64,000 bases of DNA from Fibrobacteria bacterium (GTDB taxonomy: Bacteria; Fibrobacterota; Fibrobacteria; UBA11236): the NCBI GenBank assembly GCA_043732185.1, contig JAYTHY010000046.1:96001-160000 (forward strand), in the 5' to 3' direction. Made by a program: the position numbers and the translations under genes. The notes under the pieces are model-generated. The model saw only the letters and a program-made list of their open reading frames with translations. It made no database searches and was not told the DNA's origin. Positions 10,128 through 19,808 of this stretch are shown piece after piece; within the stretch, counting starts at the first letter, position 1; the number at the start of each line of letters is the position of its first letter.

Positions 10128-12671
10128 TTAACGCGGTTTGAGAACAAAGTTCACAAGTTTGTCCGGCACCACAACCACTTTTACCACATCCATATTTTCC
10201 AGAAATGCCTGAAACCGGGTATGCTCGCGGGCCATGGCTTCCAACGTAGGTCCGTCGGTGCCTTTGGGAACCGGTTGTTCAATGCGCTTTTTCCCATTGG
10301 TGGAAAAGACCACCGTGACGGTATCTTCGGCCAATAATTCCTGGCGATAAACGGGCCAGGGGGTAGTACTTAGGATTGCCTTTTGTCCCAAAGCCTCCCA
10401 AATCTCTTCAGCGATATGCGGAGCAAAGGGCGCCAGCAATAGCACCAAGGTTTCCGCAGCTGCGCGTGGAATGGATTCTGTCTTGCCCAATTCATCGGTC
10501 AAATCATTGGTGAAAATCATGAGCTGGGAGATGGCTGTATTGAAGCGGAGATTGTCGAGATCGTCCGTGACCTTTTTAATGGTTTGATGCATGCGCTTTA
10601 AAAGGAAAGCCAATGGCGCACTGTCGACAACTTTGACCTTAAACCGGTCGTCGCCGATAGTCAGCCTCCAGACTTTATTGAGAAAACGCCACAAACCTTC
10701 GATACCGGCGGTTTGCCATGGCTTCATGCGCTCCAGCGGCCCCATGAACATTTCGTACAGCCGCATGGAATCGGCGCCGTAGCGCTCCACCACTTCATCT
10801 GGATTGACCACATTGCCGCGAGACTTAGACATTTTTTCACCGTCTTCACCTAAGATCAGGCCTTGGTTCACCAATTTGGCAAACGGTTCTGGGGCGGAAA
10901 CATGGCCCAGATCAAATAGCACCTTATGCCAGAAGCGCGCATAGAGAAGATGGAGCACAGCATGTTCCGCACCACCGATGTATAAGTCGACGGGCATCCA
11001 ATATTTTTCCGCTTCACGGGAGAAGGGTTTCAAATCATTTTCCGGATCGAGATAACGGAGGAAATACCAACTCGAACCCGCCCATTGCGGCATGGTATTG
11101 AGTTCGCGGCGGCCAGCGGGGCCGGGGCCCTTATAATCCGACCACTCCTTGGCTTTAGCTAACGGCGGCTCAAAAGTGCCCGTGGGCTGATAATCGCTCA
11201 TGGCGGGAAGTAAGATAGGGAGTTCGGAATCGGAAACGGAAACGATGCCTTGCGCCGTATGCACCAGAGGGAATGGTTCTCCCCAATACCGCTGCCGGGA
11301 AAACAACCAGTCGCGTAGTTTGTATTGAACCCGGGCATTACCGATTTTTTTTTCTTCCAACCAAGCGATAGCCTTGGCTTTGGATGCCTCAACATCCAAA
11401 CCGTTCAAGAATTCCGAATTGATAAGAATGCCGTCGCCTACATACGCTTCTTTGGTGATATCCCCGCCCTGAATCACCTCAATGATAGGCAGTGAATACG
11501 CCTTAGCGAATGCAAAGTCGCGTTCATCGTGAGCGGGCACAGCCATGATAGCTCCGGTGCCATATCCCATCATCACATAGTCCGATGTCCAAATTGGAAT
11601 GCGCTTGCCATTGACGGGGTTGATGGCATATGCGCCCGTAAACACACCGGTTTTAACTTTATCCAAGCCGCGTTCCATTTCACTTTTAGAACTGGCCTTA
11701 AGCAAATACTCGGCAACTTCCGCCTTCTGAGAAGGATGCGTCATGGCGGCCAATTGCGGATGTTCCGGCGCAACAACCATATAAGTTGCCCCGAATAAGG
11801 TATCGGGCCGTGTGGTAAATACCACTAACGAGTCCAACCCATCCACCTTAAAATGGACTTCCGCGCCCACCGATTTTCCAATCCAATTGCGCTGCATGGC
11901 CTTGATGGAATCCGACCAATCCAATCCATCCAAATCCCGGATTAACCGATCGGCGTAGGCCGTGATGCGAAGCACCCATTGCCGCATGGGGCGGCGCACG
12001 CAGGGGAAATCGCCGCGTTCCGATTTGCCATCCTGGACTTCTTCATTGGCCAATACCGTTCCAAGTTCTTGACACCACCACACGGGCACCTCGGAGATAT
12101 ACGCCAATCGATGTTTGTCCCGATATTGGTTAATAGCCGCCTCACCCTGAACCTCTTTGGGAATGGGCAGCTCTACGATTGGGCGCGCCTTGTCGAGCGC
12201 AAAATCATAAAAGCTTTCGAAAAGCTGTTTAAAAATCCACTGCGTCCACTTTACATAACCAGGATCGGTGGTGCTGATTTCCCGATCCCAGTCATAGGAA
12301 AATCCCAGCGATCGGATTTGGCGACGGAAATTTTCGATATTGTTCTTGGTGGTCTCGGCCGGATGTGTCCCGGTTTTAATGGCGTGCTGCTCGGCCGGCA
12401 AACCAAAGGCGTCCCAGCCCATGGGATGCAGCACATTGTATCCCAGCGCTCGCTTATAACGGCAAATGATGTCCGTGGCGGTATAGCCTTCCGGATGCCC
12501 TACATGCAGGCCATTTGCGGAGGGATATGGAAACATATCCAAGCAATAAAATTTTGGCTTCAAGGCCCCTTGAGCATCCTTAGCCGAAATAGGTTCGGCC
12601 TTGAAAGTCTTATTTTTGAGCCAATGCTCTTGCCATTTGGGTTCGACGGATTTGGGCGTATACCTGGTCAA
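10128..12671 (-). CDS. leuS: Leucine--tRNA ligase
   Basis: [15 protein letters not shown] (HIGH-type), KMSKS and editing motif [14 protein letters not shown]. Likely TTG start at 12671 ([14 protein letters not shown]) with an upstream CAGGTG. Confidence 0.97.
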   Translation of the reverse strand: MTRYTPKSVEPKWQEHWLKNKTFKAEPISAKDAQGALKPKFYCLDMFPYPSANGLHVGHPEGYTATDIICRYKRALGYNVLHPMGWDAFGLPAEQHAIKTGTHPAETTKNNIENFRRQIRSLGFSYDWDREISTTDPGYVKWTQWIFKQLFESFYDFALDKARPIVELPIPKEVQGEAAINQYRDKHRLAYISEVPVWWCQELGTVLANEEVQDGKSERGDFPCVRRPMRQWVLRITAYADRLIRDLDGLDWSDSIKAMQRNWIGKSVGAEVHFKVDGLDSLVVFTTRPDTLFGATYMVVAPEHPQLAAMTHPSQKAEVAEYLLKASSKSEMERGLDKVKTGVFTGAYAINPVNGKRIPIWTSDYVMMGYGTGAIMAVPAHDERDFAFAKAYSLPIIEVIQGGDITKEAYVGDGILINSEFLNGLDVEASKAKAIAWLEEKKIGNARVQYKLRDWLFSRQRYWGEPFPLVHTAQGIVSVSDSELPILLPAMSDYQPTGTFEPPLAKAKEWSDYKGPGPAGRRELNTMPQWAGSSWYFLRYLDPENDLKPFSREAEKYWMPVDLYIGGAEHAVLHLLYARFWHKVLFDLGHVSAPEPFAKLVNQGLILGEDGEKMSKSRGNVVNPDEVVERYGADSMRLYEMFMGPLERMKPWQTAGIEGLWRFLNKVWRLTIGDDRFKVKVVDSAPLAFLLKRMHQTIKKVTDDLDNLRFNTAISQLMIFTNDLTDELGKTESIPRAAAETLVLLLAPFAPHIAEEIWEALGQKAILSTTPWPVYRQELLAEDTVTVVFSTNGKKRIEQPVPKGTDGPTLEAMAREHTRFQAFLENMDVVKVVVVPDKLVNFVLKPR

Positions 12672-12699
12672 TGTGCACCTGATTTGTTGGTTTTGTGGA

Positions 12700-12740
12700 A
12701 AGATAGCAAGGACGGAAGCAGTTGTGATTCTTGCTATTAT
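12700..12740. promoter_or_regulatory. Putative divergent extended -10 promoters for leuS and the aldo/keto reductase
   Basis: TGCTATCTT on the minus strand (12700-12708) and TGCTATTAT on the plus strand (12732-12740), forming an ATAGCAAG/CTTGCTAT inverted repeat. Confidence 0.55.
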
Positions 12741-12746
12741 TAACAC

Positions 12747-13727
12747 ATGAGATTCAGAAAATTGGGAAAAACCGGACTGCGCGTTTCCGAAATCGGCTTC
12801 GGGGCTTGGGCCATTGGGGAATCCTGGTGGGGCAAACAGGACGACAAGGACTCGCTAAAAGCGCTACATAAGGCCGCGGAGCTTGGCGCGAATTTTATCG
12901 ATACCGCCGCAGTCTATGGAGACGGCAAAAGCGAGAAACTCATCGCCCAGTTCCGAAAGGAATGGAAGGGTGAGCTGATACTCGCCACAAAATCTCCGGT
13001 GGATGGCGGTGACTGGCCCCCTTCCCCCTACTCGACCCCGGAGGTGGCATTTTCGGAAACATTTCTCCGAAAAAACATTGAAGAGCGGCTTCGAAATTTG
13101 GGAACGGATTGTATTGATATATTGCAACTGCACACCTGGACACGTGCCTGGAACCGGGATCCGAAACCTTTTGAGGTTTTGCGCAAGCTTCGCGAGGAAG
13201 GCAAGATCCGTTTTATTGGCGTTTCCACTCCGGAACACGATCAGAACAGTGTTGTGGATTTGATGCGAAACGGTTGGGTGGATACGGTTCAAGTCATTTA
13301 CAATTTATTCGAGCAAGAACCGGCAGCGGAAATTTTGCCTGTGGCCGCCGAGCACGGTGTGGGAATCATCGTCCGGGTTGCATTTGATGAGGGCGCGCTG
13401 ACTGGAAAATTCACACGGGAAACGGTATTTCCGCCGGGGGATTTCCGCGCAGATTATTTTCGGGGCGATCGCCTGGGTCGCACCGTGGATAGGGTTGAAC
13501 GCATTCGTCAAGATTTGGCTGGGACGGGTTTGAGCTTGGCGCAGGCCGCCCTGAAATTTGTGTTGGCGCATCCGGCCGTGAGCACCTTGATTTCCGGAAT
13601 TCGGAACGAGACGCAAGCTGCGGCCAATCTCGGCGCATCGGACCTACCGGATCTCAGTCCGGAAGTATTGGAAAAACTGCGGAAACACAATTGGCTGCGC
13701 GCCAACTGGCATGGCGACAATTGGTGA
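12747..13727 (+). CDS. Aldo/keto reductase
   Basis: [48 protein letters not shown] and QVIYNLF. Confidence 0.93.
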   Translation: MRFRKLGKTGLRVSEIGFGAWAIGESWWGKQDDKDSLKALHKAAELGANFIDTAAVYGDGKSEKLIAQFRKEWKGELILATKSPVDGGDWPPSPYSTPEVAFSETFLRKNIEERLRNLGTDCIDILQLHTWTRAWNRDPKPFEVLRKLREEGKIRFIGVSTPEHDQNSVVDLMRNGWVDTVQVIYNLFEQEPAAEILPVAAEHGVGIIVRVAFDEGALTGKFTRETVFPPGDFRADYFRGDRLGRTVDRVERIRQDLAGTGLSLAQAALKFVLAHPAVSTLISGIRNETQAAANLGASDLPDLSPEVLEKLRKHNWLRANWHGDNW

Positions 13728-13782
13728 ATCAGCCCGTTGGGTCAGGTCGGCAGGTCGACAGTGTAACAGATTTAATTGAGCG

Positions 13783-14526
13783 TCAATCGATAAAATGAAT
13801 GGGTGAATTGCGGTCTACACCGACCGCACTGCGCTCGTAAAAGGTAGCGAGCAACGCCTGCCTTTCCGATTCCGAGAGTCGAAAATTCTCGCGCCCATGA
13901 TCCTTGAGCCAGCGGTCTAGGTTGGCTACCAGCACGCCCGCGCAAACCGAAACGTTCATGCTTTCCGTCAGACCATATTGCGGAATACGAAAACGGATAT
14001 CGGCGGCGGCCAAGGTATCGGGGTGGTTACCCATGGTTTCGGAACCTAGATAAAATGCGGTGGGTTGGGACAAATCGATTTCGTCCAAAGTGGTTGAAGC
14101 GGAAGATGTGGAAGCCACGGCGATTTTATATCCCTTGGCTTTGAGATCGCCAAGGCAACGCACACGTTTGGAATAGCAATGAATATCCAACCATTTATAC
14201 GAACCCTTCAGCACCGATCGTCCCACTCGGTAAGGATTGACCTCGTTGATGACATGCACATCCTGAAAACCGAACACCTCGCAGGTTCGAATGACGGCGC
14301 TGATATTGTGCGGGTCTTTTAGGTCTTCCAAAACCATGGTGAAATGCCGGACCCGTTGGTCCACCACTTTTTGTAAAAGTTCTCGGCGGTGCGGGGTCAG
14401 CTTGTACCCGAATTTTTCGAGCAAAAGTTGCACCTGAATGGAATCGTCGAGATTGAGCGGATTCACACCGGAGGTGTTCAAGGGGTTCAATTCTGGTTGC
14501 TTCAATGGGTCTAGGGCCTCGTTCAA
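13783..14526 (-). CDS. trmH: TrmH/SpoU family RNA 2'-O-methyltransferase
   Basis: VLEDLKDPHNISAVIRTCEVFG, LGSETMG and IPQYGLTESMNVSV (SPOUT motifs); TTG start. Confidence 0.85.
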   Translation of the reverse strand: MNEALDPLKQPELNPLNTSGVNPLNLDDSIQVQLLLEKFGYKLTPHRRELLQKVVDQRVRHFTMVLEDLKDPHNISAVIRTCEVFGFQDVHVINEVNPYRVGRSVLKGSYKWLDIHCYSKRVRCLGDLKAKGYKIAVASTSSASTTLDEIDLSQPTAFYLGSETMGNHPDTLAAADIRFRIPQYGLTESMNVSVCAGVLVANLDRWLKDHGRENFRLSESERQALLATFYERSAVGVDRNSPIHFID

Positions 14527-14533
14527 AATAAGC

Positions 14534-15463
14534 TCATGGTAGTTTTAAAAACGCTTCGATTTTGAGTTTCTCTTCCGGCGTCCAGTCCTTGCTTTTAAGA
14601 ATATCACCGGGTCCTGCAACCGCCAATTTCTGGGCCGTCTTTGTAATATCATCGAGGACTTCTTTAATTTTGTTGAGCACAAGTTTTTTGAACAAGCCCA
14701 GGTTCATGATGCTGTTGATCATTCCATTCCCGGGGAAAACCAGTAACTTCATTTTATAGTGCAAATGTCCGGGCTGAGCCGGCACCGGCGCATAATTGAA
14801 ATCCATCAATGCGGGTCCCCGTAACGTCCACCAGGCCAATGTGGCAATGCCATAACCAAAGTAGAACAGGCGCCTTTCCTTGGCCGATCCAGAGATTAGT
14901 GTAGCATCTCCTTTGAGACGCTTGCCTTTGGTTCCCTCAAAATGATTGTGCGCTGCATCCACATAGACGGCCGTATACGGCTCTTTCTGAAAATAGCTGA
15001 CCAGGCGCGCTGCCAATGGCAAATCGGCCAAGAGGTAAGCCAGACGGGCCTCGCTGATGGGAATGTCCTCTTCCACGAGGTAAATAACCCGATATTCCAT
15101 TCCAAGAAATCGATACAATCGAAATCCAAGAACGGGATGGCCGGGATCGATGCCACGCGCATTGAGCAGCCTGGCTTCCAGACAACGCGTGCTGTCATAG
15201 GTGAATTTGGGCTTTGTAACTAAAGAACGGTCGGGACAAAAGCCTCTCGGCATGGGTAGACTGCAATTCCAAATCAAATTGCAATATTCCGTCTGGGCAT
15301 CAGAAATACGTGCCGGTTGGGGCGCTACAGCCTTTTGAGGCGCAACAACGGGCTTAGAATGGGCGCTATCATGCGTTGAAGGAGCTGCCCCCGCCGTTCC
15401 GACGACGCACAGGACCACTCCAAGAGCCATGGCCAGATATTTTCGGAACGGGACTACGATCAT
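14534..15463 (-). CDS. Hypothetical secreted protein
   Basis: ATG 2 nt after the fabF stop with a GAGG RBS. Signal peptide (LAMALGVVLCVVGTAGA), Pro/Ala linker and a 4-Cys segment; no family recognised. Confidence 0.75.
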   Translation of the reverse strand: MIVVPFRKYLAMALGVVLCVVGTAGAAPSTHDSAHSKPVVAPQKAVAPQPARISDAQTEYCNLIWNCSLPMPRGFCPDRSLVTKPKFTYDSTRCLEARLLNARGIDPGHPVLGFRLYRFLGMEYRVIYLVEEDIPISEARLAYLLADLPLAARLVSYFQKEPYTAVYVDAAHNHFEGTKGKRLKGDATLISGSAKERRLFYFGYGIATLAWWTLRGPALMDFNYAPVPAQPGHLHYKMKLLVFPGNGMINSIMNLGLFKKLVLNKIKEVLDDITKTAQKLAVAGPGDILKSKDWTPEEKLKIEAFLKLP

Positions 15464-15465
15464 CC

Positions 15466-16710
15466 TCAGGAAAACTTTTTGAAAATCAAACTCGCATTGT
15501 GTCCGCCGAATCCGAATGAGTTCGACAGCACTGTCTGAATGGGTCTTTCTATGGCCTGATTCGGAACGTAATTCAAATCGCAATCTGGATCTGATTCCTG
15601 CTGATTGATGGTAGGATGCACAATCCCTTTGACCAAGGCCATGATGAGCGCCACAGCCTCAACAGCGCCGGCAGCCCCCAAGGTATGGCCGATCATCGAT
15701 TTGGTGGAATGCACCAGTAATTTGTCTTTGGCATGATCGCCGAAGCAGCGTTTCATGGCCATGGTTTCACCCGCATCACCCAATGGTGTAGAGGTACCAT
15801 GGGCGTTAACCAGGTCGATGTCGCTGGGATTCATCCCCGCGGAAGCAAGGGTTTTTTTCATGGCCCGATAGGCGCCGGCTCCATCGGAGCAGGGTGCAGT
15901 AATATGATAGGCATCGCAACCTTGGCCATAACCTACGATTTCAGCATAAATCCGTGCGCCCCGTGCTTTGGCATGCGCCAATTCCTCCAGAACTAAAACA
16001 GCGGCACCCTCACTCATGACAAAGCCATCTCGACCTTTGTCGAAAGGACGTGAAGCCCCAGCCGGATCCTCATTGCGGGTTGACAGGGCCTTCATATTTC
16101 CGAACCCGGCGAAAACCATTTCGCTCATTGTGGATTCCGAACCACCCGCGAACATGATATCGGCCGCACCGCGCTTCACTATTTCATAGGCTTCACCCAT
16201 GCTATGGTTGGCACTGGCACAGGCGGAAATAACCGTGAAATTGGGGCCTTGCAAATTATTTTCAATGGCAAAATAAGCCGGTACTGTATTGGGTAATATC
16301 ATCGGGATAAAAAAAGGAGAAACCCGTTTGTGGCTTTTCTCTATCATCACGCGCGTTTCAGATTCAAATGTTGTTGCGCCGCCCATTCCCGTTCCTATAG
16401 AAACGCCGGCCATTTCCGGATCGAACTTTCCGGACTCCAAACCCGAGTCTCGCATGGCCTGCGTAGCGGCCACATGGGCATAGATGATGGCGCGATCCAG
16501 ACGACGGGCCATTTTCTGATCCTTGAACCAAGCCATATGGTCAAAGGCGGGAACCATGCCGCCGATTCTGGTGTTCATGGTGGCATTGTCAAAGCGATCC
16601 ACCACGCCGATTCCGGATTCACCTTTGGCCAGCCTATTCCAAAAGTCCTCGACAGTCAATGCCAGGCAATTGACTGTGCCCAATCCTGTAATAACGACTC
16701 TTCTGGTCAT
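15466..16710 (-). CDS. fabF: 3-oxoacyl-ACP synthase II
   Basis: RRVVITGLG, catalytic SACAS, NAHGTSTPLGD, STKSMIGHTLGAAG and SNSFGFGGHN. Confidence 0.96.
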   Translation of the reverse strand: MTRRVVITGLGTVNCLALTVEDFWNRLAKGESGIGVVDRFDNATMNTRIGGMVPAFDHMAWFKDQKMARRLDRAIIYAHVAATQAMRDSGLESGKFDPEMAGVSIGTGMGGATTFESETRVMIEKSHKRVSPFFIPMILPNTVPAYFAIENNLQGPNFTVISACASANHSMGEAYEIVKRGAADIMFAGGSESTMSEMVFAGFGNMKALSTRNEDPAGASRPFDKGRDGFVMSEGAAVLVLEELAHAKARGARIYAEIVGYGQGCDAYHITAPCSDGAGAYRAMKKTLASAGMNPSDIDLVNAHGTSTPLGDAGETMAMKRCFGDHAKDKLLVHSTKSMIGHTLGAAGAVEAVALIMALVKGIVHPTINQQESDPDCDLNYVPNQAIERPIQTVLSNSFGFGGHNASLIFKKFS

Positions 16711-16722
16711 GATTTGTCCTTC

Positions 16723-18228
16723 TTACTTGCGCGCTTCGATTTCATCCAGGGACAGGAATTGTACCGGTCCAAATCCAGACAAAGAAATACCCCGTTCATC
16801 TTTTTTCATCAAGGCCTCCTTCGGCCCCACTACCACAATACGCATCGAATCGGCGATGAAATATTTCCTGAAAGCGGTTACAACGTCCTCTTTGGTGAGC
16901 TTGTTGATGGTATCAACATATTCTTTAAAGTGCTCCGGGCTGCGCTTCCAGATTTCACCTTGTGCGAAAATCCTGGCGGTGGCAAAAGGTGTGTCAAACA
17001 TAGACGGGAGGCTTTTGATCAAGCCGTCTTTGGCCCGTTGCAGTTCCACATCCGTTACCCCATCCTTGGCCATCCTACGCATTTCTTCCAATACGAGCTG
17101 GATAGCATACGCGCCCGTTTCCACCTTGGTTTGTAAAGAAACACCCACCGGTGCCCGACGGTAATAATCGCTGCCCACGTCCGAGTCCACACCGTAAGCC
17201 AATCCTTCATTGGAGCGCACCTTTTCCATTAGGCGCGAGGTAAACCCACCATCCCCGAAAATGTAACTGGCCACGACCAGTGGGTAGTAATCAGGATTCG
17301 GCCTTTGCACACCCGGTGCTCCCATTTTGATAGTTGCCTGAGTCACGGGCTTATCGACCACATACACGCCGGGTTTTTTCATTCCCACGTAAGGAGGAAT
17401 GGAATCGACACCGGATTTGTATTTGGCGGGAAACTTGGCAATCAGCTGATTGAGCTTGGCGATCATGTCCGCACGATCGAATTGGCCAGCAACGCTGATG
17501 ACCATATTTTCCACGGAAAAACCTGCCCCCGCCCAAGCCTTAACTTTAGCGGGAGTCAAGGCGTCCACTTCTTTTTCAGTAGCCATCCAATTGGTAGGAT
17601 GACTGCCAAACATCACATGCTCAAAAGCCACGCCCATAACTCCTTTTGGGGTATCATAGCGGTGACGGATATTTTCCAAATAAGTGCGCTTCTGCACCTT
17701 AAAGGCTTCCGCATCAATACGCGGTTGCAAGGCCACCTCTGGGAGCAAATCAAAAAGCGCGTAGGCATCTTTGCGCAGCGCATCCAAACCCAAGGTCGAT
17801 TGCATGTCAGACATTCCCGCAGACACACTGGCAGCGACGAATTCCAAGCTATCTTCAAGCTGTTCGGGAGTAAAGCGAATTGAGCCTCCCGTTTTGAGCA
17901 GTGAAGAATACAGGTTCAAAGAGGCAACTTCATCTGGACGTTTTGGCAAGTTGGGATGACCAAAGAAAATGGCCATTTGAATCAAGGCCAACGTAGTATC
18001 GGGAACCAAATAAGCCGTTACGCCTCTATCGAGAACAACTCGAAAGTCCTTGGGATACGGAGCCGTGTAAGTGAAATCCGGAAAAACGATTTTGGAATAA
18101 TGACCGGGAATGGCTCCGGTTCTTGAAACATCTTTAGCTAAAATTGGCCCGGCCGCTAGCCCTGACAAGACCATGGCAATACCAAGTTTGGAAAGCGTAT
18201 TTCGTAAACCAGCGTGAGCAAAAATCAT
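16723..18228 (-). CDS. M16 (pitrilysin) family peptidase, non-catalytic subunit, secreted
   Basis: GGFTSRLMEKVRSNEGLAY motif, no HxxEH, signal peptide; ATGA overlap with the partner gene. Confidence 0.88.
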   Translation of the reverse strand: MIFAHAGLRNTLSKLGIAMVLSGLAAGPILAKDVSRTGAIPGHYSKIVFPDFTYTAPYPKDFRVVLDRGVTAYLVPDTTLALIQMAIFFGHPNLPKRPDEVASLNLYSSLLKTGGSIRFTPEQLEDSLEFVAASVSAGMSDMQSTLGLDALRKDAYALFDLLPEVALQPRIDAEAFKVQKRTYLENIRHRYDTPKGVMGVAFEHVMFGSHPTNWMATEKEVDALTPAKVKAWAGAGFSVENMVISVAGQFDRADMIAKLNQLIAKFPAKYKSGVDSIPPYVGMKKPGVYVVDKPVTQATIKMGAPGVQRPNPDYYPLVVASYIFGDGGFTSRLMEKVRSNEGLAYGVDSDVGSDYYRRAPVGVSLQTKVETGAYAIQLVLEEMRRMAKDGVTDVELQRAKDGLIKSLPSMFDTPFATARIFAQGEIWKRSPEHFKEYVDTINKLTKEDVVTAFRKYFIADSMRIVVVGPKEALMKKDERGISLSGFGPVQFLSLDEIEARK

Positions 18229-19808
18229 GGTTGCCCCTTTCCAGCAGCGGAAGAGTGTGCCGCCGCGGATTTACCCGCATCCTCCGGGAGTATCAAGCCC
18301 GTGGTGGAATTCTTGAGTTGGAAATACTTTTGGCAGACAGCTTGCACCTGATCCGCCGTCACCTTTTGAACCGATTCCGGAAAGCGATTAATATAATCCC
18401 ATCCCCCTCGCATTTCCCAAAATGCCAATTCTGTGGCCAATTCTTCCATATCCAAAAGCTGCCGTTGCTGGCGGGCTACCACTTGGTTTTTGGCCCGGGT
18501 CAACTCCCGTTCCGAAATGGGTTTCTCTCCCAATTCTTTTAGCACTTGCCATACTGCTTTTTCAATTTGATCGAGCTGAGGCTTGCCGTCCAAATCCACA
18601 CTCACGTCGAAGTTGGACGTGTACTTGTCCAATCCATTTCCAGCCCCGGCCGAAAGAGCGATTTTCAATTCCTTAACCAACTTGCGATACAGGCGACCGC
18701 TTTTTCCCGAAAGCACGCCTTCCACAATATCGAGCGCGTACAAGTCTTTACTTGGAAATCCGGGAGTATGGAAAAGAATATCCATGCGAGGTTTTGCTTC
18801 TGATTTGTGAACCACCATGCGCTTCTCGCCTGGCTGGGTGGGCTCCTCGACAACCACGGGAGGAAACTCCGACCCACGCGGGATGCTGGAGAAATATTTC
18901 TTGATGCCAGCTAGAGCCCAAGTTGTATCGATGTCACCGGCCAGCACGAGAATGGCATTATTGGGTTTGTAATATTTCCGATAATGCTCGTCCGCCATTT
19001 CCCGAGTGAGATTGCGGATATTGGACGGATAGCCGATGGTGGGCAAACGGAAGGGGTGGGCTTCATAAAAAACCGCCATCAAACTTTCCCAGTACCGGCC
19101 AGTAGGGCTGTCATCGGTGCGCATGCGGCGCTCCTCCATGACCACGTCCCGTTCCGAATAGAACTCACGCAGGACGGCATTTTGCATCCTATCCGACTCC
19201 AGCCACAGGAACAAATCCACTTTGTTTTTGGGCAAGGTGACAAAGTAAGCGGTCATCAAATCCGAAGTGAAGGCGTTGAGTCCGCTGCCACCGGCTCGTT
19301 CATAAGCATCCCATAGCTCTTCCTTGATCATGAGCTTGCGCTCGTCCGCAATCAATGTGTCATATGATTTTTTCAGCGTCTGAATTTTGAGGCTGTCACC
19401 GGGTCCCAGCAAGCGAATTTGCGCCATCACGGCATCGATGCGTTTTATGAATTGGGCATCCTTAACCGGATCTTTGACGCCAACCTTTTTAGTGCCTTTG
19501 AATAGCATATGCTCCAGCAAATGCGCGATGCCGTTGTTCTCCATGTTTTCATGCACCGAGCCCGTTACATAGAAGATACGGCAGGCTACCGTCGGCGCCT
19601 GTTTGCTCGGAATCAGCATGACTTTAAGTCCATTGTCCAAAACGGTAAAATGGGCATCGATTTTGGCGGATACGGGTTGGGCTAGGAAAGGTAAGGCGAG
19701 GAAACTAAGGCATACCGTAAACGCAAACGAAAACGGAATCCCCAACGACAACTTCAACGAAAACGGTCGGAGCGCATTCTTCGCAAGGGCAATTTTACTG
19801 GACATCAT
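18225..19808 (-). CDS. M16 family zinc peptidase, catalytic subunit
   Basis: GIAHLLEHMLFKGT, NAFTS and ERDVVMEERR. The ATG at 19808 overlaps the XPB stop (ATGA). Confidence 0.92.
   Translation of the reverse strand: MMSSKIALAKNALRPFSLKLSLGIPFSFAFTVCLSFLALPFLAQPVSAKIDAHFTVLDNGLKVMLIPSKQAPTVACRIFYVTGSVHENMENNGIAHLLEHMLFKGTKKVGVKDPVKDAQFIKRIDAVMAQIRLLGPGDSLKIQTLKKSYDTLIADERKLMIKEELWDAYERAGGSGLNAFTSDLMTAYFVTLPKNKVDLFLWLESDRMQNAVLREFYSERDVVMEERRMRTDDSPTGRYWESLMAVFYEAHPFRLPTIGYPSNIRNLTREMADEHYRKYYKPNNAILVLAGDIDTTWALAGIKKYFSSIPRGSEFPPVVVEEPTQPGEKRMVVHKSEAKPRMDILFHTPGFPSKDLYALDIVEGVLSGKSGRLYRKLVKELKIALSAGAGNGLDKYTSNFDVSVDLDGKPQLDQIEKAVWQVLKELGEKPISERELTRAKNQVVARQQRQLLDMEELATELAFWEMRGGWDYINRFPESVQKVTADQVQAVCQKYFQLKNSTTGLILPEDAGKSAAAHSSAAGKGQP

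Noticed and set aside
11979..12743. Long antisense ORFs (also 16330..17136, 16523..17164, 17305..17883, 49828..50601, 61487..62185)
   Set aside because: They lie opposite well-supported genes (leuS, fabF/M16, carB, guaA/hflX) and have no motifs; they are shadow frames.
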